64,000 nucleotides of DNA, taken from the NCBI GenBank assembly GCA_951406725.2, contig OX597824.1, forward strand, positions 682,001-746,000. The letters are read 5' to 3'. Source of the stretch: Octopus vulgaris (taxonomy: Eukaryota). Numbering within the stretch: the first letter of the stretch is position 1; the number at the start of each line of letters is the position of its first letter. The notes under the pieces were generated by a model. The model saw only the letters and a program-made list of their open reading frames with translations, was not told where the DNA came from and did no database searches. Of the stretch, positions 41,517 to 58,525 are shown one piece after another. Both the position numbers and the translations under genes were made by a program.

Positions 41517-42310
41517 CCTAGGATGGAATATATAAAGATTTAATGCATCGCTACGCGAGTTTCCACAAATCACGTGTCTCTTATGATCACAGTCCGTATT
41601 CTAGGGATGATTACAGTGTAGTTTGTAGTATCCGTGGGTATCCTGTTGATCGTCATCATTGATTCATTTCTTCAGGCGTTATAACATTAGTGGATGAGCC
41701 ACAAAGGAATGTTTTATTCCCTTTTACGAGTATGAAGGTCAAATGAGTCATGTGTGCGTTTTTGTGTGTATTTGGTGGGGAGGAATAGACGGTGGTGGGG
41801 ATAGAGGAAGGAATGGTAGTTGCATGGGAATGGAGGTGTGGTGGTGGTGGTGTTGGGCTTGTTTTGCTTTTCCTTCAGCAGATATTAAGAATAGGTAATA
41901 CATTCTTTTTGTTTGATTTCATTTAAGGCATGAATATCTTCATTAAATTCTGAACTCAACAGGTGCTCAAGTACTGCTGCTAAACAGTAGGGTTTACTGA
42001 CCGAATTGATAAATGCTAATTTCTTATGGTGACCTTTTCGTTGATTTTGTTGCCACAGTGTATGACATCTGAAATATTGGTGGTTCCTTTATTTGTTTGG
42101 GTTCCTTTGCTTTTCTATAATGTGTTATTTCGTTTCAAACTCCATCAATGATGTTTTGTTCCCATGTTTACATGATACGATCATCTCAGAATGCCAGTTT
42201 ATCACGTTTTCCTTGGATATGATGGCTCCCAGGATTTCTTCTAGGCATAGCTTGCATACCCGTGATATTCCGCTATATGGTGCAACATTTCTTATAATGG
42301 ACCAGTGGAT
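41512..42310 (-). mobile_element. 3' end of a second PLE family (endonuclease C-terminus, UTR, hammerhead at 41549-41678)
   Basis: RC reads NVAPYSGISRVCKLCLEEILGAII..VINWHSEMIVSCKHGNK, matching the PY..CxLCLxEK..LNKRSE..CRH tail of GIY-YIG PLEs. Related terminus at 60931-61050. Confidence 0.7.
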
Positions 42311-42338
42311 CGTATATATACATACATATATATATACG

Positions 42339-44475
<2,137 letters not shown>

Positions 44476-46599
44476 GTCTGTCTATCTGTCTGTCTGTCTG
44501 TCTGTATTTCGCAGCTATGGATTAACCTAAAGTTGGTAAATATAATATTTCAAAAATATATTATATAATTGTCATGCCAAAAATCTATCCAGGATATGGG
44601 TAGTATAACAGTTGGTTAGACAGGGTAATAGACATTGATTAAACAATTATACTCCACATACATTGTTTCATAAAGGAAAATAAATGTCAGAGGAATTAAA
44701 CACTTTTTAAGATGGCTGACAAAAATCGAAGCAGTTGCCAATGAAAAAACAGTTTCAGGTATTTGTTGTTACAACTGGAAATAGACAGCGGAAGTTGGCG
44801 GCAAGAATAACTTGCTGAATTGATACATCGGGAACATTCTAAGAGGAATTAGAATTTACATCAGCTGTTAATCGCTTTATAAAAAAAGATTGTAGTCACG
44901 CCTTGTCATTACATATGTTAACAATTTGGTGGCCCTGATTATGAAAGGGCTGTTGTTTGTCGCTATATTGTTAGTCGTACTGTTGTTGTTGAAGGCCTGC
45001 TCAAGTGTTGTCATGTAGATAGATGACACCAAAAAGCATTCCAGCCGTAACCATCCCCTATGATGGTTACGCGGTGTACCAGGAATCCCATTATCCATCT
45101 TGTATAAATTGCCTCTAATTTCATCTTTTAGAAATTGTAATTTATAATTTCTGATATATTCTAACTTCTAAAGATGATTTCACTACGCTTTACTGCAAAG
45201 AAAAATTTCTTGCTTATGGTAAAGGTGTAAACACAGCGTTGTCAGCTCAGTCAGCGCACAATGTATGTATGTATGTATGTGTATGTATGTATGTATGTAT
45301 GTATATGTGTGTATGTATGTATGTATGTATGTATGTGTGTATGTATGTTTGTATATATGTATGTATTTTTGTATGTATGTATTTATGTATGTTTGTATGT
45401 ATGTATGTATGTATGTATGTTTGTATGTATGTATGTATATATGTATGTAAGTATGTATGTATTCATGTATGTATGTATGCATGTATGTATGTATGTATGT
45501 TTGTGTATGTATGTATGAATGCTTGATGTATGTATGCATGTGTGTGTATGTATGTTTGTATGTGTATATACATACATGCATGCATGTATGTATATTGGCA
45601 TGTTTGTGCGTGTGTGTATGTATGCACATATGTACGTGTGTGTGTGTACGTGTTTGTTCTGCCATGCATGGGAACAGCATGATAAGAAGTTTGTCTCACA
45701 ATCGTAATGCCTCTGGTTCGATCCCATAGCTCGCTACCTTGAACAGGTGACCCCTCCCCTCGCTTTGCATTGGCACTGTGAATCAAACAGGATAGACGGA
45801 AACTAAAAGAAGCCTGCAAGGAAAAAGAGTGAGTGATTCTGACCGAGTTCTTCATTAAATGTACATGTCTATGATATATCCGATGCTTTACACTGTAAAG
45901 TTATTATTGTTTAGCCCATGGCCGACCGAGTCAAGCAGAATTTTTTCTACTATAGGTTTAAGGCCTGACATTTCGGAGGGAGGGGCTGGATGATTACATC
46001 GACCCCGGTGCTCAACTGGTTCGTATTTTATCAACCAGAAAAGACAAAAGCAAAGTCGACCTCGGCTCGGCGGTACTTGAACTCAGAACGTAAGAATGGA
46101 CGAAACGCTTAGCAGCATTTCGTCCGGCGCTGTAACCATTCTACTAGGAAGCAGACTTTATAATCAAAGGTATTCTAACCACGATCATCCTGTCAGTTTT
46201 GGTCATAATTTATCTCTGACTTCTCTCCGCAGTAAGACAGTCTCGAATCAAACTTGATTCGAGAAAGATTTGACTGTTATTTCTAGTACGCTAGTGACCA
46301 CGTAGAAGCTAGTCTCTCTCAATAGGTCGACTGAGAATATCAATTCAACGAATAGGCAATTCTATTGACCGAACAACTGCTCAAGTCATCGTAAAAACCG
46401 ACGGAAGTTCCATTCACTGCAATTTTATCAAGTAAAAAACATTTAACCTGAGCTAAAATCTCGAAATGTAATAAGCAGACGACCGCTGTGGCTGATGGTA
46501 GATCGGTCGTTGAGTCATATTTTAATGTTTTGCTATTTGGCAAGTCTTTTAACTAATCTTATCTTTCACTCTAATTTCTCAAACCAATTCTTCAATTTA

Positions 46600-47200
46600 T
46601 CGCCATCGTTCCATAATCTCTCATTTCCCCTTTTCTTTCTTTCTTTATCTGTTTCTCCTTCTTCCTCTTCCTCTCTCTCTTTCCCTACCTTCTCTCTCTA
46701 TCTCTCTCGCCCTCTCTTTACTATTGCTACCCTTTCCCTTTTCTCTCATTCTCCTTCTATATCTTTCTCTTTTCGTCTGGCTGTCTTCCTCTTTCCACTA
46801 CATCTCCTCCCCCTCTTCCTCCAACTTTCTTTCATTCTCTTTTCCTTCATTTCCCTCCCATATCCCTCTCTCTCCAACCCAAATCCCCCCTTCTGTCTTT
46901 TACCCTTCATTTTCTTCATAATTCTTTCCTCTTCCTCTCCACTTCTCATCTCACTCTTTCTAACACAACTTTTCCTTCTCTTTTCTCACTTTCATCTTTC
47001 ATTTTCTTATTTCTTTCTACTCATTCACGCCTCTTTCCTTCTGACACGCCTTCAAAATCTCCTTCCTCCACTCTCTCCCTCCCTGTCTCTCTCGTTCACT
47101 CTCTACTTTTCTTTTACTTCTTCTCCTTTCTCTTTTCCATCCTTCGCTTTCTTCCCACTTATTTCCATCCCTCTCTCTTTAAGACATCCCTCTCCCAATT
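46600..47200. repeat. ~600 bp low-complexity polypyrimidine tract
   Basis: Almost only C/T on the + strand. Confidence 0.85.
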
Positions 47201-47949
47201 TTATCGACTCCCTAAGGATGAAAGGCAAAGTAGACGGCGACGGAATTTGATTTCCGAACGTAACGTACAGAAAAAAAAATGTCGCTAAGCGTTTTGTACG
47301 ACGCACTACTGTATTCATAATTATAAAACGAAAGCTATGTAGAATAATGTGCTCATTCATATCACTATGCCTGAATATCAGTGGGTTGGTCATGGCTGGC
47401 ATGCTTTCGAAAGAACAGCAACAGCAACAATAACCACAGAATAAACTTTCTTTTCTCTTTCACTACGAGCACAGGTGTGCACAGACTAGTGTACCTGCGT
47501 TGATAATGAAACAAGTGGCAACATATTTAAAGTACCTGTTTCTATGAATTTTAATTAATGAAGTCTTTATTCATTAGAATTAAATTACGTTGAACAGTTC
47601 TTGTTAAACGAAACAGATAACGAAGGCTACCTTAACATTGAAACAGATATTGAAAAGATGTGACATCAGCTGGGCCCTATTTAATAAATAATTATAATTG
47701 GAAATAGGAAAAAACAAGGCAGTGGTAGTGGGGAAGGAAGAGTGAATATAGACAGAGAATATCAATAGGTTTCGAGAAAACGCCCAGCCTCGAATAGTAT
47801 AAACGTGTAAACATACGCACTCGCTTAAATTGTTGTGTTTTAACGACCAATTCAAATACGAGTAGAATTACATGTGACTTATCAATCAGATGGCCATTAC
47901 TGGAAAACAATAAGTAAAAGATAATCTAACAATTGAATGGAAGCAACTG

Positions 47950-49660
47950 AATGCGTTGCATTTCCCATTTTAAGACGTACATCATAAATTATTTCACGCA
48001 TGAACAGTTTAAGGGGTAGACAACCGTCATATTTCGATGGCATAAGAAGGATTATAAAGTTCGGTATCTTATTGGTTTGTTGTTATGGATATGTCAGCTT
48101 CTGAAGATGACTCACTTGGAATAGGCAGCTCAACTAAATCGGGCATCGTTGGTTCTCCCCAGTTTCGTTCATAAGACGGATATGCTGTCTTCTAAATTGA
48201 TTATCAACTTCTTTTGATGATTGGATGTGTCATCAGTTTTTGCCGTATTTCTTTGCAGTTGTCGTCTCAACCGCATACGATCCCGGTTTATCACTTTTCT
48301 CTTTGGTCGTTGCTGGTATTCGTGTTTTGTCATTTACCTGTCCTCCTACGTAATTACCTGGTTCTAATGATGTGTGTGGTTTTCCTGCTTGTTGGTCGTA
48401 ACATTTCTTTATCGACCTCTGCCACTCAGCATGCCCATCCTAAACTTCTGATAGATTTTCTTCACGAGAGTACAGCAGCTGATGTGATGGTAGGGTGTGA
48501 GTATTTGTTTCTCTGGAGGCTAATTTGTGTGCGGGTTTGGGGTCTTTTTCTGTAGTTGAAGGGCCTGATGTCTGCGCACTTATTTTCTTTTTTTTCCATA
48601 TTTCACAGTCTACGTTTATTCGGACTCGTGCTGTTCTCCTTCCCATGTATGTTGGGAGCAGCACCACCTCCTTCGTTTTCAGAGGACTCACTGAGTGCTC
48701 TTGGGCTTTTTCAGCCGTCTCGAATCTGGCCTCTATTGTTCCATATGCCCGGCCCCTCGCTATGTGTTTTATATCTTTCCATATAGGGGCCAGGCATTTT
48801 TCTATTTCGCACTTTTCGAAGTGCTCGAATTTCTTCGATGAAGGACAGTACGTTTTGTAAACGACTGTCCTTCTCTTCAGATTTTCAACACTAGGGGAGG
48901 GTGAGATCTTTATATTCCCACCCTCCTCTTTCATCCTTTCAAAAAGCTCGGAGAGCTTCTCCGTTTCTATAACTATATTCTTAGAAGATACAGCGGCTAC
49001 TGCCGCGAACTTTTTTGCTGGCTCATGCAGCTGGTTCGTTTCTGGGATTATTTCGACCGACATAATTCGTTCGAAATAAATGATACACAATTTAATCCCA
49101 GAAAAAAAGAAACCTATAATTGTTTCCTTTTTTTCTTCCTCTTAACGAGGACAACAGTTCAAATCCCACCCCTGCTGGGGAGCGAGACGTAGCAACAAAG
49201 CCTACAACGTTCGAAATTAATTTTTTTTTTCACACAATAATAAAATATAGAATCCCCCAAAACGGGAAACCTATAATATTTTTTTTCCTCACAACGAAGA
49301 CAAGAGTTCAAATCTCACCCACGTTATTGGCGGATGCCACAATAGAGCCTACAACGGCTAAAATTAAATTTTTCTCGCAAAAATAAATTGCTTATCCCCA
49401 AAAACGGGAAACCTATAATATTCCCCCGCCCCTCTTAATGAGGATAACAGTACAACGGCTTTAATAAGTTCAATATTAATAATTTCAATATTTCAATAAT
49501 TACTTTCTCCCGTCACCGGGAAAAAGCACAAAAACTTTCAAAGTTCAACAATGTTTAACATTTCGAAAATATTCAACAATAGACAACAATTCCAATAGAA
49601 AAAAAATAACCACGTGCAACAAAACGTTTGGCTCACCGCCCCCCAAAAAACCCGTCTTTC
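47950..49660 (-). mobile_element. Probable 5' part of an L1/Tx1-like LINE: tandem-repeat 5' UTR plus ORF1-like frame (49090-48440)
   Basis: 216-aa non-repetitive ORF with RRM-like GTIEARFET..A..LLPTYMGRRTARVRI; three ~140-160 bp units upstream sharing GAAACCTATAAT..ACGA(G/A)GA(C/T)AA(C/G)AGT. Confidence 0.55.
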
Positions 49661-49818
49661 CACAACGGAGGTAAGCAAGCTACTTACCACACATCCACTC
49701 CTGCGTCTATGAACATTTTACGATATGAAATGATTAATTAATGAGTAAGAAAAGCTTTGTCATAACTGTTTGGGTCTGAAAACATTTTGATACATTTTCT
49801 CAGCGATATTTACACTAT

Positions 49819-49892
<74 letters not shown>

Positions 49893-50285
49893 GCACATAC
49901 ATTATTTACACTGCATAAGTATATATATGTATAAGTAGACACACACGCACACGCGCGCGCATGTATATGCATATGTGACGGGCTTCTTTCAGTTTCCGTC
50001 TACCAAATCCACTCACAAAGCTTTGGTCGGCGCGAGGTCATAGTAGAAGACTTTTGCCGAAGGTGTCACGCAGTGGGAGTGAACCCAGAACCATGTGGCT
50101 GGTAAGCAAGCTACTTACCACACAGCCACAAACACACACATATATACATGGTCTTTTATTCTTTTATTCTTATATTTATTTTAGTCATTTAACTCCGGCC
50201 ATGCTGGAGCACCGCTATTTCGTACTGAAGAAGATTGTATTTATTTCTTCTTCTTCTTCTTCTTCTTCTTCTTCTTCTTCTTCTT

Positions 50286-50316
<31 letters not shown>

Positions 50317-50319
50317 GGG

Positions 50320-50653
50320 GATTGTATTTCTTTTTTTCTTTTTCTGCCTCTTTGTTTACGATCCTAGAATCAAACGGACATGATGGGTCGATAAGTCAGC
50401 AACTTCGCTTTTCCTTATCCATAATTGTTGTGTCTGGCCTATTTTTTCCTAATTTATTGTCCGTTTGAACTGTAAAGTCCCACAAAATCTCACATTTCTC
50501 CGATTCCAGAACTCTTTCGATTCAAGGATTCTACCAAGTGTTTCCAGCTTCAAATCCCCAATTCTGGCACAGTTTCCACTGTAAAACTTTTACAGCCTGG
50601 TCGTGTTTCCATTTTTATATTCTTCCTGTGCCAAATTGGGGCATTCTGCTACA

Positions 50654-50655
<2 letters not shown>
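50320..50655 (-). mobile_element. Fragment of an RLE-type (R4/Dong-like) non-LTR retrotransposon
   Basis: RC reads IVAECPNLAQEEYK/WKHDQAVKVLQWKLCQNWG..VLESEKCEILWDFTVQTDNKLGKNRPD (zinc knuckle, RHD, WDF and RPD motifs); lies between (TTC)n and (TTA)n. Confidence 0.85.
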
Positions 50656-50722
<67 letters not shown>

Positions 50723-50723
<1 letters not shown>

Positions 50724-51195
50724 GTGAGTGAGAGAGCAGTGCATGCCACCAAAGTGACACTGAGGTAAAATATATGAACCCCAGTATACCCATCACAACT
50801 ACCCGTCTGATAAAGGTACACCAGGCACATGCATCACAACCATGTGTGCGCGACATGGTGATCTCATTTCAAGATAAACAGCGCATGACCTTGCAGGTGG
50901 GGCCCAGTTAGAATTTTCTTCTGGTCAAATAGCCCAATCCGCTCAAAAGGTCCCCAAATAAGGGTTCTTTAAGGATGCTGAACGAAACATCCATGTTTCA
51001 AAGGTGAATTATCCAAACCCCAAAAAATTCATCTCAGCACATGGCTATGATGCTCCCCCACTACTTCTGCTCGTGATCAGAGATGCAAATATCGTCAGCC
51101 ATTAAGGGACATGGTCAACTGGTTAAGGTCAAACAACCGACAAGCAAATCTGAGGTATTGAGCAGAATATTTGCTGTGGCAAATATTCTTTTATA
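50723..51195 (-). mobile_element. Unclassified retroposon-like repeat ending in (TAA)n
   Basis: Complex non-coding ~470 bp segment whose minus strand ends ..GCACTGCTCTCTCACTCAC(TAA)n; single copy in this window. Confidence 0.4.
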
Positions 51196-52638
51196 CCATG
51201 ATATTTTATACTTAGCGGTTCGGCAAAAGAGACCGATAGAATAAATACTAGGCTTATAAAGAATAAGTCCTGGGGTCGATTTGTTCGATTATGAGGCGGT
51301 GCTCCAGTATGGCCGCAGTCAAATGACTGAAACAAATAAAAGAATATACCCATATGCATACGTGTGTGTGTGTGTGTGTGTGTGTGTACAGTATGTATGG
51401 TTTCCCCCATTGTATTTATATACTCCTGCATCCTCACGAACACACAGACATATCAAAATGCTGTAATACGTATCGAAGCTGAGTTAACGTATGGGTATGA
51501 CGAATGCTTTGCGTCGCGCAGTGAGGCAACCCGTACCCCTACCAACACACGCACACGCACACAAGTGCACTTACATCCACACCCAGGTTCGATCCAGTAC
51601 ACACACTCTCGCATACTTACGCACATAGACACACGTACATAGACACACACACACACAGATGCGTTGACTGTTTCGTCTTTTACTTATTGCATTCTTGGAC
51701 TGTGGCCACGCTGGGGCACCGTCTTGAAAGGTTTAAGTCGAAAATATTGACCTCTGTGATCATAGCAAGTCCGGTACATCTTCTATCGGTGTTTTTTGCC
51801 TTACCAGCAAGTTAGAGGGACATAAAAAAACTAACACCGATTGTCATGTAATTGTGCGGGGGAGGGGTAAACACGCGCACACACACACACACACACGCGC
51901 ACACACACACACACGCGCACACACGCCCACACTGCCGCACACACACATGCACAGTTTCCGTCTATCAAATTCACTGCAAAGAACTGTAGAAGACGTTTCC
52001 CTAAGAAGCTGCACAGCGGGATTGAACCTGGGACCACGTGGCCGCAAAACGACCGAATACACACCAAGAGAAGATACACATAACAACACAGACGCATACG
52101 GACTGAAACATCCACACGCACACATGCGCACAACCTTAGCATTTATTCACTTTTAACAGAGGCAGCGCTCGCGTGCGCACACAAGCACACATATACATAC
52201 AGACACACACAAACACATACATACAGACACACACATTTGCCTCTCTTACATACACATCACATGTGCCCTAACACTCACGTACACGCACACACACACACCC
52301 AACTTCATGCCTGTTCATTCATTCATTCACAAACGTACGCTCAACAGAAACACAAACAGAAACAGTTAGAAAAACACTGAAGACTCTCTCACACACACGC
52401 ACCACACACCTTCATTCATAACTAACAAACCACACACACACACACACTCGTTGATATATATATATATATATATATATATGTCTTTAAGAGGTCTTGGGCC
52501 AACAGGTTTTGGGATCTGACGATGTGCCATACAGCTAAACCCTTTATGGACGGGACACCTAAAGGAATCCCGTAAACCGGCTTTCCCCAAATTTAAATCC
52601 ACACACACACACACACAACAGAGTTTCAGTTGTATATA

Positions 52639-52837
52639 TATTTCTTTACTACCCACAAGGGGCTAAACACAGAGGGGACAAACAAGGACAGACTAACGGA
52701 TTAAGTCGATTACATCGACCCTTAAAGGATGAAAGGCAAAGTCGACCTCGGCGGAATTTGAACTCAGAATGTAACGGCAGACGAAATACGGCTACGCATT
52801 TCGCCCGGTGTGCTAACGTTTCTGCCAGCTAGCCGCC
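52639..52837 (-). mobile_element. SINE family A (internal deletion)
   Basis: RC colinear with 5543-5772. Confidence 0.85.
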
Positions 52838-53118
<281 letters not shown>

Positions 53119-53382
53119 AATATATATATGCACACACTCATACACAAACAAAATATATATACACACTATCAAAGAGTAACTGTCTTAGTTACTCGCACAC
53201 CTGCGTTAATTTATACCCCCACACACATACGCACACATACACACACACACACACACACACGTACGCACGTGCGCGCACAAACTCCTAGTCGACCATACAG
53301 TCTTACGCAGATATTAATTTCTCAACACACAAACACACAAACACAAACAAAAATCAGTCTTACATAGTCACTCACACTCTCT

Positions 53383-53412
<30 letters not shown>

Positions 53413-53413
<1 letters not shown>

Positions 53414-53526
53414 ATACACACACACATATACAGACTCGCATACACACACACATATACAGACTCGCATACACACACACATATACAGACTCGCATACACACA
53501 CACATATACAGACTCGCATACACACA
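53413..53526. repeat. 26-bp minisatellite, ~4.4 copies
   Basis: CATACACACACACATATACAGACTCG x4 perfect plus a partial copy. Confidence 0.9.
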
Positions 53527-53884
53527 GATTCATAAATACGTTTATAAATTGCTATGAAAACAGAGCAAAAAGGTTGGTTGGTTATAGAAAGAAAAAAAAG
53601 TCCTGCTCCTGCAGAAGTCATTATTATCCAAGATATTTCACGTGTAAACACAGTTTTGTTGCTGCTACTACAGCAATCGGCGCAACCACTACACAACTTT
53701 TTCCCGAGCGATTTTCACAAATTTATTAACTTAAAAGTATTTATTTATTTATATATTTGTTTATTTATAATTCTATTTTATTTATGTGTTAATTTATTGC
53801 TTGTTTTGCATTTTTTTTGTTATTAATTTATTTTTCTGTTTCTTTTTCTCTCTGTCTGCGAGTTGCTGTGTGTTGACCATTCTT

Positions 53885-53915
<31 letters not shown>

Positions 53916-54673
53916 ACAAAAGACCTTACCAATATGTTGATGTTCTAAGCTCACACACACACACACACACACGCACACACTTTGTTGGCTCATTGTTCAT
54001 ATGTTGCAATATAATACAACATACATACTTAACCGTACGGTATGTTGACAGGGTATGCAATTTAGAAATATAAACGCCAATAGGTTTTGATAGACATATA
54101 AACATACGTGCATACATAGATATAAACATACATACATAGATACAAACACACACACACATATATACAGACACTTATACTTAATAATGTTTCGTCGGCATGT
54201 GAGATATTATAAATCTACATTTACTGGTACATTTGTATGCTAGTGAGCTATAGGTCGTTTTCTTTGGACTGGATACAAAAGCACTATTATACATGCTTTT
54301 ATTTACTTATATATTTATTTGTGTGTGAATTGAATGGAAGGACATTCGTCAAATGAATCAATTTCGTTATATTTCTGATGTTTATTTCACGGATGGAAAT
54401 TCTACTTTCGACCAATATCCAGGATTTTATGTGCGAAACAGACAAGGAAAAATTTAAAACACCGCTGAAGAATTGAACTCACAATTTCGCTGTTTGATCC
54501 AGCCACACCATCGCCACTTATACAGAGCGTGTGAGTGAGTGTGCGTGCGTGTGTGTGTGTGTGTGTGCGTGTGTGCGGTAGAAAGAAAGTGTGTGATTGT
54601 GTGTAAGTGTGTGTGTGTGTAAAGAGAATGATGCTCGTTTATTAAGCAACGGTTCCGCTATGCTGATGTCAAC

Positions 54674-55532
54674 ATGGTTAATGTAAAAAGTCAAAGTTTC
54701 GGAGCATTTTCAATAATGAAGAAATTTTTGTTGTTGATTGTCAGTTACGATACTTTTGGTGGGGGTACAGGTATGACAGGTGCGGCAGGTGTTGCAGGTG
54801 TTACAGCAACTACTGTAACAATAGCGATGATGAGACCCACAAGAGGCCGAAACTCCAGTGGCTACCATCTCAATAGCAATAACACAAACGGCACCATCAG
54901 CAGGAGCAACAACAAAACTAACAAAAACAAATACAACAGCATCATCATCGCCAACAACAACAACAACAACGGCGTCGATAATAGCACGGGCGATGGAATC
55001 GATCTTGAAACTGGAAGTGTAGGTTACCATTTCGACGGTGACCAGCTGCCCCTGAACCAACGCCAGCAGCCAACTCACAACGACCATCCTTATTCTTATC
55101 ACCGCCAACAGCAAAAACGCCGTCACAACAACAACAACAATAACAGCCATCAGCATCCTCATGTGTACGATGGTCTTTTTGACGATATGGATAACATCAG
55201 CGACATCGGGGACAACAACAACAACAATAGCAACACAAATAATGCACGCAACCAAACAACGTCGACTCGAAACTTTAAGCATTGGATTACGGACATTCGG
55301 ATACCGTTTTACATCATAATCTTCATACTGGCCGTTGTTGGTAACTCTTTGGTCATCCTTACCCTTGTCCAAAATAAGCGCATGAGAACCGTGACCAATG
55401 TGTTTCTGTTAAACCTCTCCATCAGTGACCTTCTCCTGGCAGTTTTCTGTATGCCCTTCACACTAATACCTACCATAATGCAGGACTTCATTTTTGGGAA
55501 AACTGTTTGTGTCATGATACGATATTTACAAG
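54674..55532 (+). CDS. CCKAR: Cholecystokinin/sulfakinin receptor-like rhodopsin-family GPCR, first coding exon (N-terminus, TM1, TM2, start of TM3)
   Basis: IPFYIIIFILAVVGNSLVILTLVQNKRMRTVTNVFLLNLSISDLLLAVFCMPFTLIPTIMQDFIFGKTVC..RYLQ closely resembles CCK receptors; splice donor CAAG|GTAGGT at 55532/55533 (phase 1). Start codon and A/B subtype are uncertain. Confidence 0.9.
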
Positions 55533-56744
55533 GTAGGTGACGCTGATTTCTTTATTTTCTTGCTAAAAGTGGATTGGAACGTAAACTGTGATTTGGTAAT
55601 ACCTTTTTACTTTTTGAATTCTGAGTTCGAATACTACTGGAGTCGGTTTCGCAGTTTATCCTTCTGAAAATAAAAAAATAAAGTACAAGTTCAGAATTGG
55701 GTCGATATAATCGACTGCACACACTACCAAAATTTGAGGCCTTATGTCTATATCAGAAAACAATGTGGGCGTTTGTGTATTTTATTGATTTAATGATTTC
55801 TAAATACATTTTTACATCTGTGGTCTGTAATGTTTTGGGTCAGTTATGTGCACATCTATGACCGGGTCAAAAAAAGGGTCGTTTGTTCATTGGTTTCCCT
55901 GTTAAGTGAAAAGATGCGATATGACATATCTGTCTTCGTTAATCACAATGTTATAATGTTCAAATATTTGATTTAAATGCGTTGTGCTTTGTACATTCTA
56001 TGTTTCGACCAAAGTTTACAGTGAATAGATGTAAATGGTTCTACTCCAGATTTCATGTCCGTAGATGACCAGCTCAAGTATTCAGTTTGTGAATTAAATG
56101 TTGGGAGCAAAATTTTTTTCGAGTTAAAAGGTTTTGCACTAAGAACGCTGAGATATTGCATTAAGAATTAAGGATTAAATTATAAGTGAGTTTTTAAGTT
56201 TGAAGCATTTATTTTTGTACATTGTAAACCTTGATCCAAACATTTAACACCAAACCAATTGTTTGAAGCTTAACTGCTATTCTTTGAAGTTTAATGTAAG
56301 CTTCAAACTCGGTTTTGTTGCTTTTTTGTTTTTGATATTTGAAGCCATTATGTACAGAATCAGGAGGAAAGAGAGAGAAAAAAGAAAGAAAATAATGGAC
56401 AAAAATAGATACGAATGATGGCCATAAAATTTCGTTGCTCTTCCTGAACTTGTTTTCGTTCTCTATTGGATAAAATGCTTTTGATTTTGTTACTGAAAAT
56501 GAAGGATTTATTTGTGGGTATTAAGTGTTTGAGCAACAATTAGAGCCCAACAGTAGAGGCAGAGCGATCTCTGGTAAATAAAGGAAATAATGATTACATT
56601 AGTTTAACATCAGACTGATTGGTAGATCGATATCTACGTATCTATAAGCTGGCGATTTGGCATACTCGTTAGAGCTTCAGATACGATTTCTTGTAGTCCT
56701 TTCGAGCTCAACTTTGTCTTTCAAACTTTTGCGATCGTTTGATA

Positions 56745-56830
<86 letters not shown>

Positions 56831-56831
56831 C

Positions 56832-56946
<115 letters not shown>

Positions 56947-56947
56947 C

Positions 56948-56979
<32 letters not shown>

Positions 56980-57218
56980 GTATACATATATATATATATA
57001 TATACATATATGTATATATATATATATACATACATACATACATACAATTGCAGCGTGGAGGATGTTTGTAAGCCATTTAAGAACACTCAAAAACCGTTAG
57101 TATCACTTCAACATTTAAATTTTATTTGTGTCAAAATATTTTCGTCGCTTTTAAAACCGCGACCTCTTCATGAACATAACTTCGTGCTGCATCTGAGAAT
57201 ATATACATATATATATAC

Positions 57219-57252
<34 letters not shown>

Positions 57253-57689
57253 CAATATATCAGTTTATTAGTGGGGGGGGGGCGATTATTTTGTTGTTCG
57301 TCTTCCTTTCTTTATATCTCACTTTCATTTTCTCTCCAAAAGAAATCGGTTGTGTTCCAGAGAGGGATTTTGAACTCTTTCGGATTAAACATTCCACAGA
57401 TGCGTTGCATTTCATAAAACGCCCCTGCAACTTTATCAGGAATTAAGTCATTCGAACTCGCGAATCTACGACTTCTTACACGACTCAGTAAAAAGGAAGC
57501 TGGTTGCTTACAACTTTGTTAATGTAAAGTTGATGCGTTACAAGAAACCATTAATTTATAATACAAATAAGAAAATGGAGAAACAATTTGGTTGGTTCAT
57601 CAACTTTTGGATATTAGAATGTTGGATTATTTATTCATTTAACAAAAATGAGAACCTTAATAGCATACATACATACATACATACATACA

Positions 57690-58470
<781 letters not shown>

Positions 58471-58471
58471 G

Positions 58472-58523
<52 letters not shown>

Positions 58524-58525
58524 TA

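Noticed and set aside
46495-47250. 251-aa hydrophobic F/L/S-rich ORF resembling a membrane protein
   Set aside because: Artefact of the polypyrimidine tract.
53413-53526. Regular repeats considered as CRISPR-like
   Set aside because: Head-to-tail minisatellite with no spacers, in a eukaryotic context.
54710-55372. 220-aa antisense ORF
   Set aside because: Shadow of the GPCR exon and its (AAC)n repeats.
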